A stretch of 64,000 nucleotides of DNA from an uncultured delta proteobacterium (GTDB lineage Bacteria > Myxococcota > Kuafuiibacteriia > Kuafuiibacteriales > Kuafuiibacteriaceae): positions 320,001 through 384,000 of the forward strand of contig CAWDML010000008.1 in assembly GCA_963803435.1 (NCBI GenBank), in the 5' to 3' direction. Under the pieces are notes generated by a model, which saw only the letters and a list, made by a program, of their open reading frames with translations, did not search any database and was not told the DNA's origin. Positions 26,029-36,900 of the stretch are shown here, piece after piece (positions within the stretch are counted from its first letter, which is position 1; each line of letters starts with the position of its first letter). A program made the translations under genes and the position numbers.

Positions 26029-29000
26029 ATGAAGGTGCCGGAGCAGGCGCCGGTCGAGCTTGCTCGACCCGAGCTGGATGACGTGAGCGATCGCAGCGCT
26101 CCCGCTGTGAACTCGGCTGAGCACCTCCTGTCGAACCTCCCCGAAGGCCGACAGTCGGCCTGGGGCCGGCCGGTCGAGACCGAGTCCAAGGACCTCGAAC
26201 GCCTCACGCGCCAGCTGCAAGCGGACTTGCAGCTTCTGGTCAGCGACCTCAAGCGTGGCCCCCTGGCCCGCCTCCTCGAGAACGCCCACGACTACCTGGG
26301 AGAGCTCCGGCGTGAGTTCCTCCGCCACCACCGGCGCCTGGTCATCCAGGTGCGGACCCCCGAGGGCTGCGCCGACCTGTCCGAGCGCGTGCACTTCGAG
26401 CTGGCCGAGCTGGCCGAGCGCTTCCGGAGCGTGGCCCTCGGCCGGTCTTCCCGGCTCGCCAACGCCTGGAACCCGCAGGAGCTGGTCGAGCTGGTGGACC
26501 GTACCGTCGATGCGCTCCCCGATCATCTGACCGTTCCCCTCGAGCCGGTCTCCTACGAGGGCGCCGACATGGTCGCGGTGATCCGGCGCGTCCGCCGTCG
26601 CCTGCGCCGCCGCCGCCCGCTCACCCGGACGATCCGCATGCGTGAGCTGGTCCACCATCACGTGGCGCACGTGACCTCGGAGCGCATCGAGGGCCTGACC
26701 ACGCCGTTCGTGCGCATCGACATCGAGCTGTCCGTCCGGACGCGCACGATCTTCGAGGCGATCGCTGAGGGCTTCGAGGCGTTGATCGGCCGCGAGGCGG
26801 CGGAGCTCCCCGATCTGGTCCAGCTGCTCCGCACCAAGGTCGAGGACGAGATCGTGCTGGCGGAGAAGGAGGCCCACCGGCTCGCTTCGGACGTCACTCG
26901 TCGCGCCGTGGCGATGTTCGGTGAGGCCATGACTCTGATCAAGGCCGATCTTCCGGAGATCGGGACCTTCGATCTGCCCGGGCGCCGCCGCAGCGGCCGG
27001 AAATGGCTGCGGCAGCGCGAGCGCGTGATGGAGGCCCTCGCCGTCGATCTGTCGCGGGTCCGCGACAGCGGTGCCGGCGACTACGCGCTCCTGGCGCTCC
27101 AGCTGGAGTTCATCGCCTTCGAGGCGCGCGCACACTACGCGATGGAGGGCGAGCTCGCCGATCTGGAGGCCGACGTGCGCGGGCGCAGCCACGTCCAGCT
27201 CGAGCGTGTGCAAGCCGCCTTGCGGGGCGCCCTGGAGAAGATCGCTCAGCAGCCGCACGACGAGGAGGAGCTCCACGACCTCATGGAGCCTGTCGAGCGG
27301 GTCCTCGGTGAGGCGCTGCGCGTGCTCTTTCAGCTCAACGATCAGCTCGAGGCCGACCATGCCGCCTCACCGCTGCTGGACGCGCTCACGCGCCAGGCGC
27401 AGACCCTCACCGATCGCTACCGCGTCCCCACCGCCCGGCTGGCGCACTCGGAGTGGGAGCTGCCGGCGCCCTCGACCACGATCGAGGTTCCGCTTCGAGA
27501 GCTGGTCTCAGCGTACATGCTCACCGACGTCGGCCCGCGCGTCCTCGAGGCGACCAACGGGGCGGCGCGGGACGTCCAGCCGCTGCTCGCGTTCTGCCAA
27601 GAGCTCGAGCGCATCGTCACTTTCAACACTGAGGCCGGCGCCGGCGAGGGCATGGCGATCGATCCGCTCGACTCCTCGGGTCAGCTCCAGGAGTTCGTCG
27701 TGGGCGCGCTCAACCGGCGCATGGACGTGCTCTCCGAGCAGATCGAGCGCACCGATCAGTGGGCCACCGAGCTGAGCTCGCGCGTTCAGACCGTGGTGGT
27801 GCAGCGCCTCACGGACCTGCGCCATCACCTCGCCGAAGGGCGCGCCTCGAGCCTGCGTCTGGATCTGGTGCGGATGGCGCAGTCGAGGCGCCGGCTCCGC
27901 GGCGAGCTCGATCGCGTCACCACCGTGCTCGATCGACTCCGTGGCCAGACGACCGGCTCCATCCGGCGCACCGTGGGCGAGGAGCGGCTCCGGCGCTGGA
28001 AGGCCTTGCTCGGGCTGGGCGAGGAGGACCTCGGGCCCCCCGAGGCGGGCCAGTTCGCGCCTCCCGAAGCGCAGGTCGAGATCCCGATTGTGTACCGGCG
28101 CCTCTTTGCGGCCCAGGCGCACTGGGCCGGCGACGTGCTGCATCAGGACGCCGTCAAGCTCGCGCGTGAGCACCTCGCCCACGCGCCCGGGCTGCGCGCA
28201 GTGGCGGTGGTCGGCCTCGATGCGGCGCGCAAGGTCGCGATGGTGTCGGCGATCTCGCGCGGTGAGCGCTTCGGGGCCGTGCGGCGGGTGGCGTGGAAGA
28301 AGCCGGCCACCCTCGACGAGGTCGAGCGCGTGCTCGCCGATCTCCCCAGGGGACACCTGATCGTGGTGACCGGTCTGCGCTGGCTGATCTCGGCGCGCCC
28401 GGGCGGGTTCGACCCGCTGCGGCGCTTCGTCGAGGGCGTGGTCGCCGACGCCAACCAGAACGCGTGGCTGCTCGAGTCGGGCCACTTCGTCTGGGAGTAC
28501 GCCTGCCGGATCTCCGCGATCGGATCACTGGTGACCACGATCGTTCGCGCCGATCCGCTACCGCCGCTCGACCTCGAGAACGCCGTGCTGGCGCGCCACC
28601 ACCTGAGCGGCCACGAGCTGGTCTTCGTGGACTCCGCCCGCAACACGTTCAAGGCCGGCCCGGTCCGCTCCGCGATCCAGGATCAATACTTTCTGGACCT
28701 GCACGAGGCGTCCGGCGGGCTCCTGCATGCGGCGCTCGTCTTCTGGATCGGATCGATCGTCGAGGTGAACGAGTCTGCAGGCCGCGTACGTGTCGGGGCC
28801 GTGCCTCGGTCTTCGATCCCTCGGCTCCGCGCCCTCCCCGAGCATGATCTGCTCATGCTCTACCAGGTGGCGCGCCAGGGCTGGATGGACGGAGAGACGC
28901 TCGCGTTCCTGTTCCGCACCGACGTCACCACTGCGCGTGCGGCCCTGGTCCGACTCGCCAACCTGGGTCTGCTCGAGCGTGCGCACCGCGTATATCAAGT

Positions 29001-29058
29001 GCCGTCGCACCTCCGGGGTGGGGTGGTGCAGGCGCTCGCGGCGAGGGGATGGGTCTGA
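26029..29058 (+). CDS. Large hypothetical protein: helical N-terminus, degenerate P-loop/AAA-like domain and C-terminal winged-helix-like segment
   Basis: GGAGG before ATG 26029. VAVVGLDAARKV resembles a broken Walker A; LHEASGG..AL.FW; C-terminal L..L...GLL pattern. The stop overlaps the next ATG. Confidence 0.65.
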   Translation: MKVPEQAPVELARPELDDVSDRSAPAVNSAEHLLSNLPEGRQSAWGRPVETESKDLERLTRQLQADLQLLVSDLKRGPLARLLENAHDYLGELRREFLRHHRRLVIQVRTPEGCADLSERVHFELAELAERFRSVALGRSSRLANAWNPQELVELVDRTVDALPDHLTVPLEPVSYEGADMVAVIRRVRRRLRRRRPLTRTIRMRELVHHHVAHVTSERIEGLTTPFVRIDIELSVRTRTIFEAIAEGFEALIGREAAELPDLVQLLRTKVEDEIVLAEKEAHRLASDVTRRAVAMFGEAMTLIKADLPEIGTFDLPGRRRSGRKWLRQRERVMEALAVDLSRVRDSGAGDYALLALQLEFIAFEARAHYAMEGELADLEADVRGRSHVQLERVQAALRGALEKIAQQPHDEEELHDLMEPVERVLGEALRVLFQLNDQLEADHAASPLLDALTRQAQTLTDRYRVPTARLAHSEWELPAPSTTIEVPLRELVSAYMLTDVGPRVLEATNGAARDVQPLLAFCQELERIVTFNTEAGAGEGMAIDPLDSSGQLQEFVVGALNRRMDVLSEQIERTDQWATELSSRVQTVVVQRLTDLRHHLAEGRASSLRLDLVRMAQSRRRLRGELDRVTTVLDRLRGQTTGSIRRTVGEERLRRWKALLGLGEEDLGPPEAGQFAPPEAQVEIPIVYRRLFAAQAHWAGDVLHQDAVKLAREHLAHAPGLRAVAVVGLDAARKVAMVSAISRGERFGAVRRVAWKKPATLDEVERVLADLPRGHLIVVTGLRWLISARPGGFDPLRRFVEGVVADANQNAWLLESGHFVWEYACRISAIGSLVTTIVRADPLPPLDLENAVLARHHLSGHELVFVDSARNTFKAGPVRSAIQDQYFLDLHEASGGLLHAALVFWIGSIVEVNESAGRVRVGAVPRSSIPRLRALPEHDLLMLYQVARQGWMDGETLAFLFRTDVTTARAALVRLANLGLLERAHRVYQVPSHLRGGVVQALAARGWV

Positions 29059-30189
29059 TGCGCACGCTTGGCATGTTGGCGGTGGCGCTCTCGCTCGCAG
29101 CCGTGACGCCGGCGTGGGCCCAGGTCGGATCCTCTTCGACGGCTACGGTCGCCGCTGCCAAGCCCCCACCGCCGCCCGAGCCGCCCCCGGAGCCCCCGCC
29201 GCCTCCACCCCCGGCCGTCCCGAAGAAGCCGGAGATCGACCGACTCGGCCAGCAACGGCTCTACGTCGGCGTGCCGCTGCTGCTCCCCGAAGCGCCGCCT
29301 CCTCTGCTCTCGAAGGCGGCGCCCGAGCCGTTGCCGAAGCCCGACGTGGTGCTCCCCCCGCCGCCTCCGCCTCCGCCGCCCGCGGTGATGCCGCCTGCGC
29401 CCGCACCGGGTGTGAAGGAGCGACCCTCCGTGAGGCCGTGGGTCATCGAGGAGTCCCCGTGGATCGAGCACCTGCGCGCCTTCAACGGTGCGGCCACGCT
29501 GCTCATCGTCATCGCGCTGATGGTCGTCGCCGCGATGCTCTCGTCCTTCGTCCGCCGCCAGTCCGATCGGCGGACGCTGCTCGCGCGGATGGCGGCCGGC
29601 TCGAACAAGCTCGCCCGCATCCTCGCGGCGGTCTTTCTCCTCCTGCTGGCGATCGCCTGGCTGCCGAGCGAGGCGCTCCCGTTTGCGCTGCTGGCGGTCG
29701 CCCTGGCGCTCGGGTGGTCGATGCGTGACGTCGTCCCCGACCTGATCGCAGGCGCGGTGATCACCTTCGAGCGACGCGTCCGCCCGGGGATGTGGCTGTC
29801 CGGGGACGGGTTTGCGGGCGTGGTCGAGCGCGTCGGGCTCCGCGCCACCTGGCTGAAGGACGCCACCGAGCGGCGGATCGCGGTGCCCAACCGCACGCTC
29901 GTTTCGCACCCGGTCACCTCCGACGACGGCCGCTGGCCGACGCGCGAAGTGTTGCTCCGGATCGACTCGGACATCCCCGCCGACCGCGTCCGCCACGCCA
30001 TCATCGACGCGGTGCTGGCCTCGCCGTGGACCCCGGTCCGCGACACGCCGGCGGTTCAGCGGGACGGCGGCGATCCTTCAGTTTGGCACGTGCGGGCCCG
30101 CGTCCTCGAATCTCTCGTTCGCGGGCAAGTTCGAGGGCGAGCTTCTCGAGCGCGCCGAGGCGATGCTCGAGCGCCGCGGGCGCTCGTAG
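29058..30189 (+). CDS. MscS-family mechanosensitive channel protein with Pro-rich N-terminus (frameshift near 30115)
   Basis: ALGWS.RD...DLIAG, G.VERVGLRAT, VPNR. After ...RVLES a +1 shift gives FAGKFEGELLERAEAMLERRGRS* ending at 30189. Confidence 0.8.
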
Positions 30190-30197
30190 GCCGGCGG

Positions 30198-30779
30198 TCA
30201 GTTCGAGAGCGCGACGGTGCTGGCGATGGCGCCCGAGACGCCCGCGCTGATCAAGACGGTGGAGACGAGGCCGTTGATGAAGATCGACTTCTGGTTCGCC
30301 GTGAACTCGTCCGGAATGCTCACCTCTGTCTTCTTGGTGTTGATCTCGAACTCGAGGTCGCTCTGAGCGGCGAGGGCCTTCGTGGTTCGGACCGCGAAGA
30401 ACACGCCGACGGCCACGGCGGCGATGCTCCCTCCGAGCGTGATCCATGGGACCACCTTGATGGGTCGGGAACGCTCGGCCTGGATCACCTGGGTCGGCGC
30501 CAGCCGCACGGGCGTGGCGGCCGGCGGCGGCGGCGCGGCGATCCGGGGGATCGGGGCAGACTGCGCCGGTGGCGGGGGCGGGGCCTGCTCTTCTTCGGCC
30601 TTCGCCTCCGGAACCTCGACCGAGGTATCCTTTCGATCCTTCTTCACCACCTTGATCGTCGATTGTGCGGTGCTCTCGTCGATCGGAGTCTGCGCCGTGA
30701 GCAGGGCATAGCTGGTGAGGAGAGGGAGTATCGATCCGACCACGTCGATCACAATGAGCAAGTGGTACGCCGACTGCAA
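30198..30779 (-). CDS. Hypothetical secreted/membrane protein with Pro-rich linker and C-terminal hydrophobic segments
   Basis: Signal-like N-terminus, PPPPP linker, two hydrophobic segments. Start uncertain. Confidence 0.55.
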   Translation of the reverse strand: MQSAYHLLIVIDVVGSILPLLTSYALLTAQTPIDESTAQSTIKVVKKDRKDTSVEVPEAKAEEEQAPPPPPAQSAPIPRIAAPPPPAATPVRLAPTQVIQAERSRPIKVVPWITLGGSIAAVAVGVFFAVRTTKALAAQSDLEFEINTKKTEVSIPDEFTANQKSIFINGLVSTVLISAGVSGAIASTVALSN

Positions 30780-30788
30780 CGGAGGGAG

Positions 30789-31436
30789 ATGACTCAGGTG
30801 AGTTGGATCAAGCGATCATTTATTGCCGCGCTCTCGCTGTGGAGTGTCCAAGCACGTGCGGAGAACTATCACCTCGTGGAGCGCGAGAGCTTCCTCTACG
30901 TGGAGGTGAGGCCCGCGAAGACGCTCCTGTCGAAGGCCGCCCATCAGCACGTGGTTCGGGCCACGCATTGGACCGGATCGGTGAGCTACGACCCGAACAC
31001 CCCCGAGAAGTGTCAGATCCGGATCGAGATCCCGGTCGAGCATCTCGTAGTGGACGAGCCCCAGATGCGCAAGAGGCTCGCCTACGACAAGCCGATCGCC
31101 GAGAGCGACCGAGGGCGCGTTCGCGACAGCATGCTCGACGAAGACCAGCTCGCGGTCTCGAAGTTCCCCAAGATCACGTTCCAGTCGTCCGCCTGCAAGA
31201 AGCTCTCGGACACCAAGATCGAGGTGACCGGGGATCTGGAGATCCGCGGCGTCAAGAAGCAGGTGAAGGTGCCGATGGACGTCCAGCTCGGCGGCGGTCG
31301 CTTCAAGGCCAAGGGCCAGTTCGCGCTCAAGCACGAGGACTTCGGCTTCGAGCCCTATTCGGCGGCGCTGGGTGCGATCAAGAACGACGACGTGCTCACG
31401 TTCAACGTGCGCGCCATCGGCGTCACTGGCGACTGA
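30789..31436 (+). CDS. YceI-family lipid/polyisoprenoid-binding protein
   Basis: GGAGG-GAG RBS before ATG 30789; signal peptide; H.HVVRA, L....FP.ITF.S, V.GDL.IRGV, DFG..PYSA..G. Confidence 0.85.
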   Translation: MTQVSWIKRSFIAALSLWSVQARAENYHLVERESFLYVEVRPAKTLLSKAAHQHVVRATHWTGSVSYDPNTPEKCQIRIEIPVEHLVVDEPQMRKRLAYDKPIAESDRGRVRDSMLDEDQLAVSKFPKITFQSSACKKLSDTKIEVTGDLEIRGVKKQVKVPMDVQLGGGRFKAKGQFALKHEDFGFEPYSAALGAIKNDDVLTFNVRAIGVTGD

Positions 31437-32202
31437 CCGCCTCGGCCTCGACGGGGTTCGACAGTGTCCCGATCTTCTCGATCTCGACCTCCACCCAATC
31501 GCCGGGGCGGAGGTACCGAGGCGGCCTTCGTTGATCGCCCACGCCCGACGGTGTGCCAGTGGCGATGACGTCGCCCGGTTCGAGCGTGCAGAACGTCGAG
31601 AGGTACTCGATCAGCTCCGGGACCGAGAAGGTCATGTCGCCGGTGAGGGCGTGCTGCAAACGCTCTCCGTTCACGCGGGTGCACAGCTCGAGCTGCGAGG
31701 GATCCGGGATCTCGTCGGACGTCACCAGCCACGGGCCGAACGCTCCGGTCGAGTCGAAGTTCTTCCCCGGCGTGAACTGCGACCCGTGACGCTGCCAGTC
31801 GCGCACCGAGGCGTCGTTGAAGCACGTGTAGCCGGCCACGAGCTCGAGCGCCCGCTCGGCCTTCACGTGCCGCCCGCGCCGGCCGATCACGACGGCCAAT
31901 TCGCCCTCGTAGTCGAGCTGATCGGAGACGCTGGGCCGGACGATCGGCTGGCCGTGTCCGACCAGCGTGGAGACGAAGCGCGTGAAGACGATCGGATGCG
32001 CCGGTTTGTCGCGGCCCATCTCGATCCGATGCGCTTCGTAATTGATGCCGATGCACAGGATCTTCCCCGGCTTCTCGACCACCGGGAGATAGCTCAGCTC
32101 GCCCAGCGGTATCTCTTCGCCGCTCTCTTCGTCGATCACGGCGTCGCCGCGTACCGTGCCGGACGAGCGTGCGCCGCCCCGCTCGAATCTCACGATTCGC
32201 AT
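31423..32202 (-). CDS. Fumarylacetoacetate hydrolase family protein
   Basis: ATG 32202. KILCIGINY..H, LDYEGELAV.IG, ND.SVRDWQ, GKNFD, GDVI.TGTPSGVG. Confidence 0.93.
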   Translation of the reverse strand: MRIVRFERGGARSSGTVRGDAVIDEESGEEIPLGELSYLPVVEKPGKILCIGINYEAHRIEMGRDKPAHPIVFTRFVSTLVGHGQPIVRPSVSDQLDYEGELAVVIGRRGRHVKAERALELVAGYTCFNDASVRDWQRHGSQFTPGKNFDSTGAFGPWLVTSDEIPDPSQLELCTRVNGERLQHALTGDMTFSVPELIEYLSTFCTLEPGDVIATGTPSGVGDQRRPPRYLRPGDWVEVEIEKIGTLSNPVEAEAVSRQ

Positions 32203-33857
32203 GCGAGCGCTCTCGAGTCGGCGTCGTGTAGGTCCGACCGAATCCGGTCCACGCCGTGCCTCGCGAATCGGCGGGCGGCGGCGGCGGCGCGCGGACCTTT
32301 TCCGCGATCGATCGTCCACTGCGCGTGCCCCACCATCAGCGCCAGCTCCAGGCAACGCCCCAGCGTGAGCGCGAAGCGACGGGCGCCGGCCTCCACCAGC
32401 GCCTGCTTCCCGCCGGTCTCCAGGAGCCACGCCTCCGCCCGCTCGAAGCCCTTCTTCGCCACCTCGGCGGGCGCCTTCAGCGACGGATCCTTCGCCGTCG
32501 CCAGCAGCCGCTGGGCCTCCGCCTGCAGCGCCTCCGCCGTCCCGTGAACGCCGAGCGCTCGGATGGTGTCGAGCGAGAGCACGTTCGTGGTGCCCTCCCA
32601 GATCGGCAGGACCTGAGCGTCGCGCAGGAGCGACGGCAGTCCGGTGTCCTCGACGTATCCGGCGCCGCCGAAGCACTCGAGCGTCTCGGAGGCGATCGCG
32701 ACGGCCTGCTTGGCGGTGGTCAGCTTCGCGATGGGCGTGAGGATCCGGATCAGGCGCTCTTCGGACTCGCTGGCCGTCTTCGCCTCGATGCGCCCCATGA
32801 GCTGAGCCGTGCGGAACGCCAGGTGGAAGATCGCCTCCTGCTCCGCGGCGAGCTCCGCCAACGTGTCGACGTGCAGCGGCTTCTCTGACAGCGGTGCGCC
32901 GAACGCCACCCGCTTCTTGGCGTACGCTCGTGCCAGCGCGAGGCAACGGCGCGCACCCCACGCCGCGGCGATCGAGTTCCAGAGCCGGGTCACGTTGAGC
33001 ATCGAGGCGATGTTGCGGATGCCGTGCTCCGTCCCGCTCACCGGCGTGGCATAGGCGCCGTCGAGCGTCAGCTCCGCGGTGGGCACCTTGCGCGTGCCGA
33101 GCTTGTCCTTGAGCCGGTTGATCAGGATGTGATTGGCGCGCCCGCCTTCATCGCGCATCTCCACATAGAACAGCGCCAGTCCCCGGCCGCCCGGGCCGTT
33201 GCCCTCGGGTCGCCCCAAGGTCAGCGCCATCTCCGAGGTGGTGGCGGACGTGAACCACTTGGTGCCGTACAGGCGCCAGCGTTCGCCCTCGCGCCTCGCC
33301 ACGGTCTCGGAGAGGCCGACGTCGGAGCCGCCGGTCCGCTCCGTCATCCACTGCCCGGACGTCCACATCCGGCTCGGATCGCGCGACGTCAGCCGCGTCA
33401 CCGCCCGCTCGACCAGCTCGGTGTTCCCCAGATCGATCAGCGTGCGCGCCGCGCCGTCCGTCATGGCGAGCGGGCAGGAGTAGATGTCGAGCGAGGCCTG
33501 CACCAGGTAGTTGGCGGCGAGCTGATGGAGCCGGGCGTGCTCGCCGTACTTCTTCTCGTAGGCCGCGGCGATCAGCCCGTGCTCGGCCGTGATCACCTTC
33601 GCCTTGTCCCACACGGGCGTCAGCTCGATGCGATCGATGCGGTTACCCCAGGCGTCCCACTGGACCAGGCGCGGCTCGTTCAACCGATCCGCGAGGCTCT
33701 CGAGGTACATGTCGGCGCCGATCTGTCCGAGGTGGCGAAGCTCTTCGGACAGCTCGCTCGAGACCTCGTGGGGGAGCGCCCGCTCCAAGTACTCACGAAG
33801 CAGCGCATCGTCGTCGTACTGGTTGCCCAGCTGCGGAGGGTCCTGGAAAAACGCCAT
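32190..33857 (-). CDS. Acyl-CoA dehydrogenase, AidB/ACDH-11-like
   Basis: CPLAMTDGA, SGQWMTERTGGSDV, KWFTSA, RLKDKLGT..VPTAE, IWEGTTNV. Confidence 0.9.
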   Translation of the reverse strand: MAFFQDPPQLGNQYDDDALLREYLERALPHEVSSELSEELRHLGQIGADMYLESLADRLNEPRLVQWDAWGNRIDRIELTPVWDKAKVITAEHGLIAAAYEKKYGEHARLHQLAANYLVQASLDIYSCPLAMTDGAARTLIDLGNTELVERAVTRLTSRDPSRMWTSGQWMTERTGGSDVGLSETVARREGERWRLYGTKWFTSATTSEMALTLGRPEGNGPGGRGLALFYVEMRDEGGRANHILINRLKDKLGTRKVPTAELTLDGAYATPVSGTEHGIRNIASMLNVTRLWNSIAAAWGARRCLALARAYAKKRVAFGAPLSEKPLHVDTLAELAAEQEAIFHLAFRTAQLMGRIEAKTASESEERLIRILTPIAKLTTAKQAVAIASETLECFGGAGYVEDTGLPSLLRDAQVLPIWEGTTNVLSLDTIRALGVHGTAEALQAEAQRLLATAKDPSLKAPAEVAKKGFERAEAWLLETGGKQALVEAGARRFALTLGRCLELALMVGHAQWTIDRGKGPRAAAAARRFARHGVDRIRSDLHDADSRALACES

Positions 33858-33910
33858 TCTGGGTACTTAGCACAACCGGCTGGTCGCGGGTGGTACGATG
33901 AAAAGCGCGC

Positions 33911-36900
33911 ATGCGCGCAGGCTCGACGCTGCTGCTCCTGGCCGCGGTCACCGGGTGCCGCACCCCCGCGACGCCGGCCGTCGACACCTCTCCACCGGTG
34001 AAGTCCGCGCGCGATCTCCCCGAAGCCCTGGCGGCGCGGGGGCGCGGTGTCGAGGTGCTGGCGGAGGAGGCGCTCATCCAGTTCGATGAGGTCGGCCGCA
34101 AGACGTACACGTACCGGATCCGCTACCGGATCCTCGACGAGAGCGCGATCGAGGGATGGTCGGCGATCAGCGCCGACTGGTCGCCCTGGTATCAGGACCG
34201 GCCTGAGCTCTCGGCGGTCGTCGTGAGCCCCGACGGGCAGCGGCGCGAGCTCGACCAGGCGAGCATCGCCGAGCTCCCGGTTGCCTCGGAGCAGCCCGAT
34301 CTCTACTCCGATCGCCGCCGCGTCCGGGCGCCGCTGGCGGGCATCGAGGTCGGCGCCACCGTCTCGCAGGAGACCGTCCAGCACGACCGTCGCGCCTACT
34401 TCGACCAGGGCTCGGTCGGCGTCTTCTACTTCGGGCTCCGCGTGCCCGTGCACGTCTCGACGCTCCATCTGGAGGTTCCGATCGGGGCGCCGTTGCGCTG
34501 GGAGACGCGGGCCATCGAGGTCGAGCCGAACGTCGAGGAGAAGGACGGACGGCGCCGCGTCACGTTCGTGGTGGGGCCGCTCGACCCGATCCGGCCGGCC
34601 GACCGCCTCCTGCCGGCCGAGGTGGCGCGCGCGCCGCACGTGGCGTTCTCGACGGCGCGCTCGTGGGCGGAGGTCGCGGGCCGTTACCATGAGCTGGTCG
34701 AGGAGCGGCTCGAGGGCGCCGACGTTCACGAGCTGGTCGACGGCATTCCCTCGACCCTTCCCCGGAAGACACTGATCGCCGCGCTGCTCGCGCGCCTGCA
34801 CGAGCGCGTCCGGTACACTGGGATCGAGCTCGGACAGCAGGCCATCGTCCCTTGGCGTCCGAACGAGACGCTCGAGCGAAAGTTCGGCGACTGCAAGGAC
34901 AAGGCGGCGCTGCTGGTCGCGATGCTGCGGTCGTTCGACATCCCGGCCGACCTGGCGCTCCTTCGCGCCGGTACCTCCGAGGACGTCGTGCGCGACATGC
35001 CGGGCCTGGAGGGCTTCAACCACGCGATCGTGCACGTCGCCGGGGACGAGCCGCTCTGGATCGACGCGACCGCCGAGTATGCGCCGGTCGGACTGCTGCC
35101 GCCCACGGTCGAGGGTCGCTACGCGCTGGTCGCCGCCGAGGGGACGGAGGACCTGGTGCGCATCCCGGAGTCACGGCCCGACGACAACCACTACCTCGAG
35201 ACGCGCGAGTACTACCTGGCGGACGACGGGCCGATGCGGATCGTCGAGCACACGCAGGCGACCGGCGTCATGCAACTCAAGTTGCGCGAGCAGTTCGACG
35301 TCATCGACGCCAAGTCGGTGCACGACTCCCTCGAGAGCTACGTGAAGAGCGCCTACCGCGCCAAGAACCTCCTCCGCTTCAAGCTCGGCGACGCCCGCGA
35401 CGTCTCCATCCCCTTCTCGATCGATGTCGAGGCCGACGCCGCCGGCGTGGGCTTCACGGCCTCGACCGACGCGTTCGTGCAGCTTCGGAACGGCATCCTC
35501 TTCAGCTTCCTCCCCGACATCCTCCGCTACGCGGCGCTGGCCGGCCCCGACGAGACCGAGGTCGAGCGCATCGTCGCGCGCGACCTGGTCGACCGCCGTC
35601 GCGAGGACCTCGTCTTTCCCGAGCCATACTCCGCCGAGGTGCGCTTCAAGGTCGTCCCGCCCACCGGCTACACCCTGCGAACGCTCCCCGAGGCCAAGCG
35701 CTATCGTCTGGGGCCGGGCGAATACTCGTCGAGCTTCAAGAAGCGCCCCGACGACGTGGTCGAGGCGACCTTCACCTTCACCACCGGGAAGCGGCGCCTC
35801 ACCGCCGACGAGGTCCGCGCCTTCGTCGGCGGCCTCCGCGAGGCGTGGGACCAGCCGATCGTGGCGCTCGAGTTCGACCACCGCGGGTCGCGCCACATGG
35901 CGGAGGGTCGCTTCCGGGAGGGGCTCACCGAGTACCGGCACCTGGTCGAGCTCAACGAGCAGAGCGCGCTGCACCACGCACGGATGGCCGAGGCGCTGCT
36001 GCGCGCCGGGCTGGGCGGGCCGGCGCGGGAAGAGGCGCAGCGTGCGGTCGCGCTCGATCCGAGCTCTCCCAGCGCACACTACACGCTCGGACTCGTGCTG
36101 CAGTGCGACCTGTTCGGCCGACTGCACGCGCCGGGCTTCGATCGTGCCGGCGCGATCGCGGCCTTCGAGAAGGTGAAGGAGCTCGAGCCCGACAACCTGG
36201 ACGCCCGCGTGAAGCTGGCGGTGCTGCTCGAGCACGACGCCCAGGGCGATCGCTACGCCGATCCCGAGGCGCTCGCCCTGGCGATCGAGGAGTACCGGCA
36301 GATCCGGATCCGCGACAAGAACCGCGTCGACGACAACTTCCTGATCGCGCTGTACTGGGCTCGCCGCTTCGACGAGATCGCGCGCCTCGGCCCCGAGATG
36401 AACCCCTCGCCGGTCCGCGACTCGATGCTGCTGGTGGCGCACGCGACCACCGAGGGGGTCGAGTCGGGGCTTCGTGACCTCGAGCGCTCGTCGTTGGCGC
36501 CCGACGCGAGACAGGGCGTGATCGACTCGGCGGTCACGTACCTGGCGCATCTCCGCTTCTATCGCGAGGCGCGCGTGCTCGCAGAGATCGCCGCGCGCGG
36601 CTCCCAGGATCTGGTCGCGTCACAGGCGCGGCTGGCCATGCTGCGCAAGCTCGAAGGCTTCGAAGACCGGCCGCTGCCCGAGACGAACCCGGCCTCCGTG
36701 GTCCAGCGGACCCTGGGCGTGCTCTTCTCGGACGACGCCGACGCGAAGCTGCTCGACTCGCTGCTCGCGCGCGATCTTGCCGGTAAGAACGGCAGCGAAG
36801 CGCTGGAGGGGATGACGCAGGCCTTCACCGCCTTCAAGCGGGCGATCCGTGGCTCGGGCGTGTCGCTCGACATGATCCGCGACAACGTCCTCGTGGGGAC

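Noticed and set aside
29160-29410. C-rich low-complexity tract
   Set aside because: It encodes the poly-proline linker of the MscS-like protein and is not an independent repeat.
29049-31436. 795-aa MscS-YceI fusion in the ORF track
   Set aside because: A frameshift near 30115 runs the frame through the antisense of 30198-30779 into a separate YceI gene that has its own RBS and signal peptide.
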